Below are positions 54,907 to 64,000 of a stretch of 64,000 nt of DNA, in pieces (position 1 is the first letter of the stretch; every line of letters starts with the position of its first letter). A program made the translations under genes and the position numbers. Source of the DNA: an uncultured Eggerthella sp. (lineage in GTDB: Bacteria; Actinomycetota; Coriobacteriia; Coriobacteriales; Eggerthellaceae); assembly GCA_905203045.1 (NCBI GenBank), contig CAJKUH010000007.1, positions 5,306 through 69,305 on the forward strand, written 5' to 3'. Below the pieces are notes generated by a model that saw nothing but the letters and a program-made list of their open reading frames with translations, was not told where the DNA came from and ran no database searches.

Positions 54907-55443
54907 ATGAAACACGTTTTGATTCTTGAGGGAAGCCCTCGCAGAAAAGGCAACTCCTGCATTCTTTCCAATGAATTCGCCCGTGGCGCCGAAGAGGCGG
55001 GCCACGCTGTCGAGATAGTCAACGTGGCCCATAAAGACGTCAGCGGCTGCTTGGGGTGCAATTCCTGCTACCGCAACAATGGCACGTGCGTGCAGGATGA
55101 CGATGTTGCGGAAATCCGCGAAAAGATGCTGAATGCCGACGTGATTGTGCTTGCGTCTCCGATTTACTTCTACTCGATGTCGGGTCAGCTTAAGCTCTTG
55201 ATTGACCGAACCTATGCCTTCTACCAGGGGCTTGTGGGGACATCGTTCTATTTCATCATCACGTGCGCCGCGCCCGACAAGTCGTTTGCCAGCACCATGC
55301 AGGCATCGCTTGAAGGCTTTACCTGCTGTGTTCCTGATTCGAGTGTCGACGGAATCGTGATCGGCAGTAACACCAACGACCCAGGCGATGTTCGTGGAAT
55401 GCCAGCGATGGAGGAAGCCTATAAGATGGGCTTGTCTTTGTAA
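54907..55443 (+). CDS. NADPH-dependent FMN reductase / iron-sulfur flavoprotein-like
   Basis: Flavodoxin-like fold (MKHVLILEGSPRRKGNS). CxxC..C cluster-like segment (CLGCNSCYRNNGTC). RBS AGGAG. Sits 8 nt after the upstream gene. Confidence 0.7.
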   Translation: MKHVLILEGSPRRKGNSCILSNEFARGAEEAGHAVEIVNVAHKDVSGCLGCNSCYRNNGTCVQDDDVAEIREKMLNADVIVLASPIYFYSMSGQLKLLIDRTYAFYQGLVGTSFYFIITCAAPDKSFASTMQASLEGFTCCVPDSSVDGIVIGSNTNDPGDVRGMPAMEEAYKMGLSL

Positions 55444-55446
55444 AAA

Positions 55447-55495
55447 CACGAGGGGGGTGCCCGTGGCGTTCGGGCACCCCCCTCGTGCTTCTTGG
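55447..55495 (+). terminator. rho-independent terminator after the FMN reductase gene
   Basis: 17-bp stem CACGAGGGGGGTGCCCG...CGGGCACCCCCCTCGTG followed by CTTCTTGG. Confidence 0.65.
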
Positions 55496-55618
55496 CTGGA
55501 TGTTTGTTTGCTATAGTCAAAACGTATTGCTGGCTCACAGAAGCTTGTATTTCTCAATTGCAAAATGGTTCAGTAGCATAGGGGTCACCGAAAACCACTG
55601 AAAAAGGAGATCCCCCAC

Positions 55619-56749
55619 ATGAGCACTCTGCATGCGCCTTATCGATACGATGTTGTTGGCAGCTTCCTTCGCCCCGAATACCTGCGCACCGCCCGTGCCG
55701 CTTTCGAGCGCGGCGAACTTTCCGCTGAAGAGCTGAAGGCCACCGAAGACAAGGCGATCCTTGATCTTATTGCCAAGGAAAAGGCGGCTGGCCTGCACAT
55801 TATCACCGACGGCGAGTTCCGTCGCCTAACCTGGCACCTTGACTTCATGTGGAGCATCAACGGCGTGGCACGCGTCAAGTCCGAAACGGGCAACACCACC
55901 TTCGAAGGGGAGGCCGCTGCCATCGACGGCGTTGCCATCGAAGGGAAGCTTTCCGTTAAGGATCATCCGTTCATCGACCATTTCCGCTTCGTGCAGGCAC
56001 AGGAAGACGAGAACACGGTTGCCAAGCTCACCATTCCGGCTCCAGGCCAGTTCTACGCGGTGTTCACCGGCGACGAACAGCTGGAAAACACGCTTTCGCA
56101 CTACGATTCCGTAGAAGCGTTCGCCGATGATGTGGTGGCTGCTTATTCCCAGTTCGTCGCCGACTTCTATGCCGCTGGTGGTCGCAACCTTCAGTTCGAC
56201 GACTGCACCTGGGGCGGGTTCGTGAACCCTGAAATGGCTCGTCAGCTTACCGGCCTTTCTACCGACGAGGAACTGAAGGCTTACATGAACCTGCTGGTTT
56301 CCATCAATAATCGTGTTATCGCTTCCAAGCCGGGTAGCGACCTGGTTATCAACACCCACGTCTGCCGCGGCAACTACCATTCCACCTACTTTTCTTCCGG
56401 TGCCTACGATGCGGTTGCAAACCCCCTGTTCAGCTCTGAAAATGCCGATGCGTTCTACTTGGAGTTCGATGATGAGCGCTCCGGTGGATTCGAGCCGCTT
56501 TCCCAGGTTGCGCCTGGTAAAAAGGTAGTGCTGGGACTTATTACCACAAAGCGTCCCGAGCTGGAGGACAAGCAGGCAGTTATCGCTCGCATCCATGAGG
56601 CGGAACAGTACATCCCGCTGGAAAACCTCTATCTTTCCCCTCAGTGCGGCTTTGCAAGCTGCGAGGTTGGCAACAAGCTTACCGAAGAGCAGCAGTGGGC
56701 AAAGGTTGCCCTCGTGCGCGAGATCGCCGAAGAGGTTTGGGGCAAGTAA
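55619..56749 (+). CDS. cobalamin-independent methionine synthase (MetE C-terminal domain-like) family protein
   Basis: 376 aa. MetE-family N-terminus (RYDVVGSFLRPEYLR) and Zn-binding His/Cys/Glu region (HVCRGN...SPQCGF). No N-terminal MetE domain. RBS AAAAAGGAGA. Confidence 0.75.
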   Translation: MSTLHAPYRYDVVGSFLRPEYLRTARAAFERGELSAEELKATEDKAILDLIAKEKAAGLHIITDGEFRRLTWHLDFMWSINGVARVKSETGNTTFEGEAAAIDGVAIEGKLSVKDHPFIDHFRFVQAQEDENTVAKLTIPAPGQFYAVFTGDEQLENTLSHYDSVEAFADDVVAAYSQFVADFYAAGGRNLQFDDCTWGGFVNPEMARQLTGLSTDEELKAYMNLLVSINNRVIASKPGSDLVINTHVCRGNYHSTYFSSGAYDAVANPLFSSENADAFYLEFDDERSGGFEPLSQVAPGKKVVLGLITTKRPELEDKQAVIARIHEAEQYIPLENLYLSPQCGFASCEVGNKLTEEQQWAKVALVREIAEEVWGK

Positions 56750-56766
56750 CTTCCCCTTGTGTTCCA

Positions 56767-56802
56767 GGCCGAGGGGCGCATATCCCTCGGCCTTTCTTTT
56801 TA
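56767..56802 (+). terminator. rho-independent terminator after the MetE-like gene
   Basis: GGCCGAGGG-loop-CCCTCGGCC hairpin followed by TTTCTTTTT. Confidence 0.7.
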
Positions 56803-56841
56803 GCCCGTTGTTCTGGGCATATTCCCTAGGAGTAAAACCAA

Positions 56842-58137
56842 ATGAGTTCTTTTTCTGCGTCGCGTACCGGCACGTATCGGTACCGTTGGGTCATCCTTGC
56901 CCTGTGCGGGTTGGCAGTTATCGTGGTCAACGGCGCAACGCTGATCTTCTCTGGCATGGCGGGATTCCTGCTGACTCCCGTTTCCGCAGGTGGCGAGTAT
57001 GGATTCACGGCTCAGCAGTTCATGATGCTGAATAGCTGCCCGTATTTGGCTGGCTTTCTGGGCTGCTTGGCTATGGGTGTGCTGGCTGACAGGAAAGGCA
57101 TCAAGCAAACGATGCTTATCGGCCTTTCGCTTTCGCTGATCGGTTCGGTGATACGTGTGTTCACCAGTGATTTCACGGGGATTCTTGTTACGTCCACCAT
57201 TTACGGTTTCGGCCTTGCTGCCTTAAACGCCAATGCGGTGAAGATCATGCGTTTGTGGTTCCCGCGTAACATGGTGAATGTTGCCATGGGCGTGTACCTT
57301 GCCTGCGCTACGGTTGGTGCGGCTGTTTTCATCCCGCTTGCCAGCAGCTTCACCTCGGCGCAGCCCATGTTCGTGATCGTTGCCGTGCTTTCGGCCATTA
57401 CCTTGGTTGCTTGGGCGGCATTCTACCGCAAGCATCCCGACAACGAGCTTCGTGTTGTGGAACCCGTGGCGAAGCAGCTCAAAGTGGTGGTGCGAAGCCG
57501 CAACCTGTGGATTGCGTGCGCCATCATCGGCTTGGTTATGGCTGCTGGTGCCGTGAACAACGGCAATCTGGTGGCGTGGCTTTCGGGCGCGAAGGGCATC
57601 GATGTTCAAACGGCTGCATTGGCTGCCTCGCTGTGCAACGTTACCTGTTCGGTTGGTGGAATCCTGTTCCCCGCCATCATCGCAAAGACGCATGGCGAAA
57701 AGGCCTGGATTGTGGCGCTTGCCGTTATCGTGGCGGGCGGAACCGTGCTCTATTACTGGGGTTTGGATGCATCGTACTGCGTTGCGGGTGTAGCTCTTGC
57801 GTCGTGCTTGGTAGGTGGTTACCTGCCGCTTACCAAGGCATTGCCCGCACAGCTTCCCGACATCGCAAGGGAAAACCTCGGTGCAGCGGGCGGCTTGCAT
57901 GCCACGGTGCAGAATGCCTTGGCGTTCCTTATTCCCTCATTCGTGGTTGGCCCGCTTGTCACGGCGGCCGATGGTTCGATGAACTACGACATGGTGCAGG
58001 TGAGCTACATCGTTATGACGCTTATCGTTGCTGGTTTGGCACTGTGCTTGCCCAAGCTTGCTTGTTCGGATAAGCCCGAAAAGGCAAAAGCAGCGAAACC
58101 GCAGCCGATCCGCTCTTCTGAGGCTGTCGGTGCATAA
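56842..58137 (+). CDS. MFS transporter
   Basis: 431 aa and 12 TM segments. MFS loop motif (GVLADRKGIKQT). RBS AGGAG. Confidence 0.75.
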   Translation: MSSFSASRTGTYRYRWVILALCGLAVIVVNGATLIFSGMAGFLLTPVSAGGEYGFTAQQFMMLNSCPYLAGFLGCLAMGVLADRKGIKQTMLIGLSLSLIGSVIRVFTSDFTGILVTSTIYGFGLAALNANAVKIMRLWFPRNMVNVAMGVYLACATVGAAVFIPLASSFTSAQPMFVIVAVLSAITLVAWAAFYRKHPDNELRVVEPVAKQLKVVVRSRNLWIACAIIGLVMAAGAVNNGNLVAWLSGAKGIDVQTAALAASLCNVTCSVGGILFPAIIAKTHGEKAWIVALAVIVAGGTVLYYWGLDASYCVAGVALASCLVGGYLPLTKALPAQLPDIARENLGAAGGLHATVQNALAFLIPSFVVGPLVTAADGSMNYDMVQVSYIVMTLIVAGLALCLPKLACSDKPEKAKAAKPQPIRSSEAVGA

Positions 58138-58183
58138 ACGCTCAGGATCGCTGTACTGTTGATGGCGCAAGATACCCAAAAGC

Positions 58184-58226
58184 AAAGGGTGCTCCCGTGG
58201 CTATGGGAGCACCCTTTGTGCTTGTT
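58184..58226. terminator. bidirectional terminator between MFS (+) and flavodoxin (-) genes
   Basis: AAAGGGTGCTCCC-gtggctat-GGGAGCACCCTTT hairpin followed by GTGCTTGTT. Confidence 0.65.
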
Positions 58227-58354
58227 GATGTGAAAATGCGCCAGATTGCCCGGCAGGAATATGTCGTTGCTCCTTCCAGCACTTTTTTAGGCCGGAATGT
58301 TGGAGCGGCTTGCGGGTAAAGAAACTCTGGCTTCCTAGGGCAACGGCTTGTTTG

Positions 58355-58870
58355 CTACAGGTTGGCCTTCAGCCATTTCTCGATAGCAGGTGCCGACTCT
58401 GCGGCTTTGTGACCAGTGATGGAAAGCGCGGGCGCAACGGTGGCGTTGGGGCACGTTGCGGCGATTTTCCTGTCGGTGCCCGAAGTGCCGCTGCCCTCAT
58501 TGGTGCAGAAGGGGAGGATCTTCTTGCCCGAAAAGTCGAAGGCTTCCAAGAACGTGTATACCGCCATGGGCATATCGGCACACCAATTCGGGTACCCCAA
58601 AATAAGGGTGTCGTACCCTTCGATGCTGGTGGGCAACTGACGAAGCTCAGGGCGTGCATGGGCGGCTAGCTCTTCACGCGATTCTTCAACGCACTCGTGG
58701 TAGTCGATGGCGTAAGGCTTTTTCGCTGCAATCTCGAACAGGGCGCCACCGGTCTGTTCGGCAATGATTTCGGCGGCAACGGCGGTGTTGCCCTTCGGCA
58801 GGTCGACGATGTTGCCTGAAACGTAGTTTTGTCCTGCGCGGCTGAAGTAGGCAATAAGAATATTCGACAT
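58355..58870 (-). CDS. flavodoxin
   Basis: 171 aa with the FMN-binding N-terminus MSNILIAYFSRAGQN and a flavodoxin-like fold. Confidence 0.8.
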   Translation of the reverse strand: MSNILIAYFSRAGQNYVSGNIVDLPKGNTAVAAEIIAEQTGGALFEIAAKKPYAIDYHECVEESREELAAHARPELRQLPTSIEGYDTLILGYPNWCADMPMAVYTFLEAFDFSGKKILPFCTNEGSGTSGTDRKIAATCPNATVAPALSITGHKAAESAPAIEKWLKANL

Positions 58871-58886
58871 GGTTTTCTCGTTTCAA

Positions 58887-59399
58887 CTAAAGGCGCGTTA
58901 CGGTTTCGCTCAAAGGCTTACGGGAGTCGTGGTTGGAAAGCGGGCCAGCGCCTTCTGCAGCGTAGCCCAAATCCAAGAACATCAGCACTTCCTCGTTTTC
59001 GGGCAAGTTGAATGCGTTTGCCGCTTCTTCGGGGTCGAAGAAGTTGATCCAGCAGCTGTCGACGCCCTCGTTGGCGGCGGCAAGCGTCAAATGCGTGGCA
59101 ACGATGCTGGCGTCTTCGATTCCCGAGTCGCGCTTTCCACCAGGGTAGGTGAATACGTTTTTCGCGTCGAAGGCAACCATCAGAACCGTCTGCGCACCGT
59201 AGCGGCAGGGCGTCAGCTCGTCCATCTTGGCCAAGCCCTCAGCTGATTCGATGACGTAGATGTGTTGTGGTTGTAGGTTCTTTGCAGTGGGGGCCAAGCG
59301 TCCTGCTTCCAGGATTTTCTCAAGCGTTTCGGCGGGAACCTTCTTGTCTGAGAATTTCTTGCACGAGTAGCGTTTTGCGATAACGTCGGTGAATTCCAT
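58887..59399 (-). CDS. nitroreductase family protein
   Basis: 170 aa with the nitroreductase N-terminal motif (RYSCKKFSDKKVPAETLEKILEAGRLAPTAKNLQP). Confidence 0.8.
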   Translation of the reverse strand: MEFTDVIAKRYSCKKFSDKKVPAETLEKILEAGRLAPTAKNLQPQHIYVIESAEGLAKMDELTPCRYGAQTVLMVAFDAKNVFTYPGGKRDSGIEDASIVATHLTLAAANEGVDSCWINFFDPEEAANAFNLPENEEVLMFLDLGYAAEGAGPLSNHDSRKPLSETVTRL

Positions 59400-59521
59400 G
59401 GGGGCTTCCTTTCGGTGAGGTTTTCTTTTCTATAGTACTTCCCGAAAATGCCGTTATTGCGGCGAAACCGAAAATAATTGACGTTGCGTTACTTAAATAA
59501 GCCATCGATCGATACGGGCGT

Positions 59522-59737
59522 TTAGCGCGTTTTACCTTCATGTCTGTGAACGCCTTGTCGAGGTTGAGGGTGCATAAGAATGTCGGTGGAACGCGAGAGC
59601 AGGGGCTCAGGTGTTATCTTTTCAAAGTCGGGTATGTCCCTCGTTAAGCGGAAAACCTGCCGTCGGAGGGCGCTGTCTAATTCACTGAGCTTTATAACGA
59701 ACGCTTGTTCGATGGATTTTGAGTTGATATCTTCCAT
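59522..59737 (-). CDS. hypothetical small protein (71 aa) in the lower-GC region upstream of the topoisomerase operon
   Basis: Only the portion of the 131-aa ORF that does not overlap the topoisomerase start. No family recognised. Could be non-coding. Confidence 0.2.
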   Translation of the reverse strand: MEDINSKSIEQAFVIKLSELDSALRRQVFRLTRDIPDFEKITPEPLLSRSTDILMHPQPRQGVHRHEGKTR

Positions 59738-59898
59738 ACCAGCTGATGGCTTGTGATAAGTTTCTTTACTGAACTTTTCAACTGGCAGTTTGCCGGTTTC
59801 TTCGTTTCTCGTTGTTCGGCTTAATGCATTTGGCTGCTGCGAGGGCGAACCATAATGAACTTGAGTGCTTGTTGGGCAGATGCATCGAAAGAGTGAGC

Positions 59899-61893
59899 AT
59901 GGCAAAAGACACAGCAAAATACGGTAATGACAGTATCCGCCAGCTGAAGGACGAAGAGCGCGTTCGCCTGCGTCCTGCTGTTATCTTCGGCTCCGATGGG
60001 CTGGACGGCTGCGCGCATGCTGCGTTCGAGATCCTGTCCAACTCGGTTGACGAAGCCCGTCAGGGGTATGGTAACCTCATTACCCTCACGGCTTTTGCCG
60101 ACGGTTCCATCCAGGTGGAAGACAACGGTCGCGGTTGCCCGCTTGACTGGAACCCCACCGAAAAGCGCTTCAATTGGGAGCTGGTATTCTGCGAGCTGTA
60201 CGCCGGCGGCAAGTACAGCAACAACGAAGGGGGAGACTACGATTTCTCCCTGGGCACCAACGGCCTTGGCTCGTGCGCAACCCAATACGCCTCCGAGTAC
60301 ATGGACGTTACCGTATGGCGCGACGGCAACAAGTACCAGCTGCACTTCAAGAAGGGTAAGGTCGTTGGCTCCAAGAAGAAGGCCCTGCAGGTCGAGCCTA
60401 CCGATGAAACCCGCACGGGCACCACCATCAAGTGGCGCCCCGACCTCGAGGTATTCACCTCTATCGACATCCCCCATGAGTGGTATCGCGAAACCATGCG
60501 CCGTCAGGCGGTGGTGAACGCCAACGTCACCTTCCGTCTGCGCATCGAAGGCGAAGACGGGTTCAGCGAAGAGGACTTCTGCTATCCCAAGGGCATTGAA
60601 GACTACGTTTTGGAAAAGGTGGGCACTGACTACCTGACCGAGCCGTTCTTCATCCAGGCCGACCGTCGTGGCCGCGACCGCGAAGACTTGCCCGACTACA
60701 ACGTGAAAATCACTGCCTGCCTGTGCTTTTCACGCACGGTGCAGATGCAGGAGTACTACCACAACTCTTCGTGGCTGGAAAACGGCGGCTCGCCTGAAAA
60801 GGCGGCTCGTAGCGCCCTGACCAGCGCAATCGATGCGTACATCAAGAAGCAGGGCAAGTACAACAAGAACGAGAGCTCCATCAAATGGCAGGACGTGCAG
60901 GACTGCCTGGTGCTGGTAACCAACTGCTTCTCGACGCAGACTTCGTATGAGAACCAGACGAAGAAGGCCATCAACAACCGCTTTATCCAGCAGGCTATGA
61001 CGGCATTCTTCAAGGAACGCCTTTCCACGTACCTGATCGAAAACAAAGAGGCTGCCGGCAAGATCGTTGAGCAGGTGCTTATCAACAAGCGTTCTCGCGA
61101 AAACGCCGAGAAAACGCGCCAGAGCATCAAAACCAACTTGCAGCAGAAAACCGACATGGCAAATCGCGTGCAGAAGTTCATCGACTGCCGTTCAAAGGAC
61201 AAGGCGCGCCGCGAAGTGTACATTGTCGAGGGCGATTCGGCTGCGGGCGCCATTCGCACGTCGCGCGATGCCGAGTTCCAGGGCGTTATGCCAGTACGTG
61301 GCAAGATCTTGAACTGCCTGAAGGAAGATTATCCGCGCATCTTCAAATCGGAGATCATCATGGACTTGCTGCGGGTTTTGGGCTGTGGTGTCGAAGTCAA
61401 AGACAAGCGCATGAAGAACCTGGGCACGTTCGATTTGGACAACCTTAACTGGAGCAAGGTCATTATCTGCACCGATGCCGATGTTGACGGATACCACATT
61501 CGCACGCTTATCCTGACCATGCTCTACCGCCTGGTGCCGACGCTTATTGACGAGGGTTTCGTCTACATTGCCGAATCGCCGTTGTACGAAATCAACTGCA
61601 AGGAAAAGACGTACTTCGCCTACACCGAGCTTGAAAAGAACGGCATTCTGAAGGAAATCGGCGACCAGAAATGCTCCATCAACCGCTCGAAAGGTCTTGG
61701 TGAGAACGACCCGGACATGATGTGGCTCACCACCATGAACCCTGAAACGCGTCGATTGATCAAGGTGGAGCCGGAAGATGTTTCGAAGATGGAAGCCATG
61801 TTCAACTTGCTGTTGGGCAACGACGATGAAGGGCGTAAGCGCCACATTGCCGAACATGGCAAAGAGTATTTAGATCAGCTTGACCTGCAATAG
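59899..61893 (+). CDS. type IIA DNA topoisomerase subunit B (ParE/GyrB family, divergent)
   Basis: 665 aa. GHKL ATPase N-terminus (LRPAVIFGS...EDNGRGCP), TOPRIM (VYIVEGDSAAG; ICTDADVDGYHI) and C-terminal EHGKEYLD tail. Confidence 0.85.
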   Translation: MAKDTAKYGNDSIRQLKDEERVRLRPAVIFGSDGLDGCAHAAFEILSNSVDEARQGYGNLITLTAFADGSIQVEDNGRGCPLDWNPTEKRFNWELVFCELYAGGKYSNNEGGDYDFSLGTNGLGSCATQYASEYMDVTVWRDGNKYQLHFKKGKVVGSKKKALQVEPTDETRTGTTIKWRPDLEVFTSIDIPHEWYRETMRRQAVVNANVTFRLRIEGEDGFSEEDFCYPKGIEDYVLEKVGTDYLTEPFFIQADRRGRDREDLPDYNVKITACLCFSRTVQMQEYYHNSSWLENGGSPEKAARSALTSAIDAYIKKQGKYNKNESSIKWQDVQDCLVLVTNCFSTQTSYENQTKKAINNRFIQQAMTAFFKERLSTYLIENKEAAGKIVEQVLINKRSRENAEKTRQSIKTNLQQKTDMANRVQKFIDCRSKDKARREVYIVEGDSAAGAIRTSRDAEFQGVMPVRGKILNCLKEDYPRIFKSEIIMDLLRVLGCGVEVKDKRMKNLGTFDLDNLNWSKVIICTDADVDGYHIRTLILTMLYRLVPTLIDEGFVYIAESPLYEINCKEKTYFAYTELEKNGILKEIGDQKCSINRSKGLGENDPDMMWLTTMNPETRRLIKVEPEDVSKMEAMFNLLLGNDDEGRKRHIAEHGKEYLDQLDLQ

Positions 61894-61967
61894 CGCGTAC
61901 GCGGGCGCAAAGCCCGCAAGGTATTTGAACCAGCGAACCAGACCAGAAGAAGTTTCAAGAGGGAATC

Positions 61968-64000
61968 GTGGCAAAGAGGAAAACCAAAACAGAGCACAAG
62001 AAGAAGCACGTTGATAACCCGAACGTTATCGGTTTGCACTCCGAGGTAACGCAGCAGCCTATCACGGAAACGCTCGAATCGAACTACATGCCCTACGCCA
62101 TGAGCACCAACGTTTCGCGTGCGTTCCCCGAGATCGACGGCTTCAAGCCTTCGCATCGCAAGCTGCTTTACACCATGTACAAGATGGGCTTGCTTAAGGG
62201 CGACCGCCAGAAGAGCGCCAACATTGTTGGCCAAACCATGAAGCTGAACCCCCACGGTGATAGCGCCATCTATGAAACAATGGTGCGTCTGGCAACGGGC
62301 AATGAAGCGCTTTTGGCACCGTTCGTTGAATCGAAGGGCAACTTCGGCAAGTACTATTCGGGCGACTTGAGCTACGCGGCTTCCCGTTACACCGAGGCCA
62401 AGTTGGCTCCCATCTGCGCGGAGATCTTCAAGGACATCGACAAAGACCCGGTCGATTTCGTTGACAGCTACGACGGTGCCATGAAAGAGCCGCGTTTGCT
62501 GCCCACCACGTTCCCCAACATCCTGGTTTCTTCCAACAAGGGTATTGGCGTTGCCATGGCGTCGGATATCTGCGGCTTCAACCTCAACGAGGTATGCACG
62601 GCAACCATGCATTTCTTGGAAGACCCTGAATGTGATTTGCTCGAATACATGCCTGCACCCGACTTTTCCACGGGCGGCGAGATTATCTATCGCCGTGAGG
62701 AAATGGAGCGCATTTTCAATACGGGTTTGGGCAGCTTCCAGATTCGCTCCCGTTGGCGTTACTTGCCCGACGAGCGCATTATCGAGGTATATGAAATCCC
62801 CTATACCACGAAGACCGATGTCATTATTGAGCGCATCATCAAGCTTTCCAAAGAAGGCAAGGTGCGTGAGATTTCCGATATCCGCGACGAAACCGATCTT
62901 TCCGGTTTGCGCATTGCCATCGACCTGAAAAGGGGAGCCGACCCCGAGCAGCTTATGGCAAAGCTTTTCAAGTCCACCACGCTGCAGGATTCGTTCTCGT
63001 GCAATTTCAACGTGCTGGTTGATGGCTATCCGCGTGTTATGGGCGTGCGCCAGATCCTGCACGAATGGGTGAACTGGCGTATCGAGTCGACGCGTCGTCG
63101 CATGAACTTCGACCTGGGCAAGAAGTCCGAGCGTCTTCATCTTCTGCATGGTCTTGAGGCGATTCTGCTTGATATCGACAAAGCCATTGCCATCATCCGC
63201 AACACTAAGCTCGAAGCTGAAGTTGTTCCGAATTTGATGAGGGGCTTCAACATCGACGAAACCCAGGCGGAGTTCGTTGCCGAGCTGAAGCTGCGCAACA
63301 TCAACGAAGAGTACATCCTGAACCGCACGAAAGACATTGCCAAGCTCGAAGATGATATTGCTGAGCTCAACGATATCCTTGCCAGCGAAAGCAAGATCAA
63401 GGAAGTTATCAGCAACGAGCTTGCTGCGGTGAACAAGAAATACGTGATGCCGCGTCGTACGGGCTTGGTTGATCCTTCCGAGGTTGTTGAGGTAAGCCTT
63501 GAGCCTGAGGTTGAGGAATACCCGGTAACCATGATGCTTTCCCGCGATGGCTACTTGAAGAAGATGACCGATCGCGTGTTGAAGAAGGCCAGCTCGTTGA
63601 AGTACAAAGACGGCGATGAGCCGTTCATCGAGTTCCCTTCTTCCAATACACACGAGCTTCTGGTGTTTACCGATCATAGCCAGGTGTACAAGTGCAAGGT
63701 TGCCTCGTTCGAGGATACTAAATCGGCTCAGCTGGGTTCGTATCTGCCCACCGATTTGGAAATGGATTCGGACGAAAGCGTTATTTGGGTGATCGACCCC
63801 GAAGATTACAAGGCTGATGTGCTGTTTGTGTTCGAGAACGGTCGTGTTGCCCGCGTTGCTTTGTCGGGCTATGCGACGAAGACCAACCGCAAGCGTTTGA
63901 AGAACGCCATCTACGGTGGCAGCAAGCTGCTGTACGCAACCGTGCTGAAGGAAGATCGTGATTTGGCACTGGTTTCCAGCGACTACCGTTTGGTGAACTT
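61968..64000 (+). CDS. type IIA DNA topoisomerase subunit A (ParC/GyrA family), 3' end beyond window
   Basis: Not in the ORF track because it has no stop in the window. Translation from GTG 61968 (RBS AAGAGGGAA) gives NYMPYAMSTNVSRAFPEIDGFKPSHRKLLYTMYKMG, HGDSAIYETMVRLA and the active-site Tyr region (AASRYTEAKL). Confidence 0.85.
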   Translation, partial: MAKRKTKTEHKKKHVDNPNVIGLHSEVTQQPITETLESNYMPYAMSTNVSRAFPEIDGFKPSHRKLLYTMYKMGLLKGDRQKSANIVGQTMKLNPHGDSAIYETMVRLATGNEALLAPFVESKGNFGKYYSGDLSYAASRYTEAKLAPICAEIFKDIDKDPVDFVDSYDGAMKEPRLLPTTFPNILVSSNKGIGVAMASDICGFNLNEVCTATMHFLEDPECDLLEYMPAPDFSTGGEIIYRREEMERIFNTGLGSFQIRSRWRYLPDERIIEVYEIPYTTKTDVIIERIIKLSKEGKVREISDIRDETDLSGLRIAIDLKRGADPEQLMAKLFKSTTLQDSFSCNFNVLVDGYPRVMGVRQILHEWVNWRIESTRRRMNFDLGKKSERLHLLHGLEAILLDIDKAIAIIRNTKLEAEVVPNLMRGFNIDETQAEFVAELKLRNINEEYILNRTKDIAKLEDDIAELNDILASESKIKEVISNELAAVNKKYVMPRRTGLVDPSEVVEVSLEPEVEEYPVTMMLSRDGYLKKMTDRVLKKASSLKYKDGDEPFIEFPSSNTHELLVFTDHSQVYKCKVASFEDTKSAQLGSYLPTDLEMDSDESVIWVIDPEDYKADVLFVFENGRVARVALSGYATKTNRKRLKNAIYGGSKLLYATVLKEDRDLALVSSDYRLVN

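Noticed and set aside
55496-55618. Possible SAM or cobalamin riboswitch / T-box before the MetE-like gene
   Set aside because: The leader is only about 120 nt and lacks SAM-I, B12 or T-box consensus elements.
59738-59917. N-terminal 60 codons of the 131-aa minus-strand ORF
   Set aside because: Overlaps the well-supported ParE/GyrB-like start at 59899 and its RBS. Only the downstream 71 codons were kept as a low-confidence feature.
61875-63677. 600-aa minus-strand ORF
   Set aside because: Antisense to the ParC/GyrA-like gene, whose plus-strand translation contains unmistakable GyrA/ParC signatures. No RBS or recognisable domains.
1-64000. CRISPR arrays, tRNA/rRNA genes, transposases/integrases
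   Set aside because: No short direct-repeat arrays, no tRNA-like cloverleaf regions in the larger intergenic gaps, and no ORF with transposase or integrase motifs were recognised. The only candidate mobile feature is the MITE-like element at 1431-1641.

Overview
High-GC (~60-65%) bacterial chromosomal window. Gene content and Firmicutes-like synteny (aroK-aroB / pepP-efp / BCCP-carboxylase-accC-asp23-nusB-xseB-dxs), together with ddh and the GC content, suggest an actinobacterial Coriobacteriia-type genome; this is inference only. No rRNA, tRNA, CRISPR arrays, transposases or integrases were recognised. The window contains four kinds of content. (1) A housekeeping block (aroB, pepP-like, efp, a two-subunit biotin carboxylase system, nusB, xseB, dxs, ung, prfC, map, a type IIA topoisomerase pair). 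(2) A signalling-rich accessory stretch with three hybrid sensor histidine kinases (one frameshifted, one fused to a GGDEF domain) plus a separate Cys-rich GGDEF protein. (3) A purine-utilisation island: NCS2 permease, a MocA/MobA-like gene, a three-subunit xanthine-dehydrogenase-family molybdenum hydroxylase, YqeC-like and YqeB-like maturation genes, XdhC, GlcG/DUF336 and adenine deaminase. The accessory gene set is that described for selenium-dependent molybdenum hydroxylases. (4) A MarR-controlled redox/xenobiotic cluster (NmrA-like, FMN reductase, MetE-like, MFS, flavodoxin, nitroreductase) with a duplicated palindromic operator motif. The most unusual non-coding signal is a 211-bp nested perfect inverted-repeat element (27-bp outer and 16-bp inner arms) between aroB and the aminopeptidase gene. 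All calls rest on reading the translated ORFs and the DNA by eye. No database searches were run.
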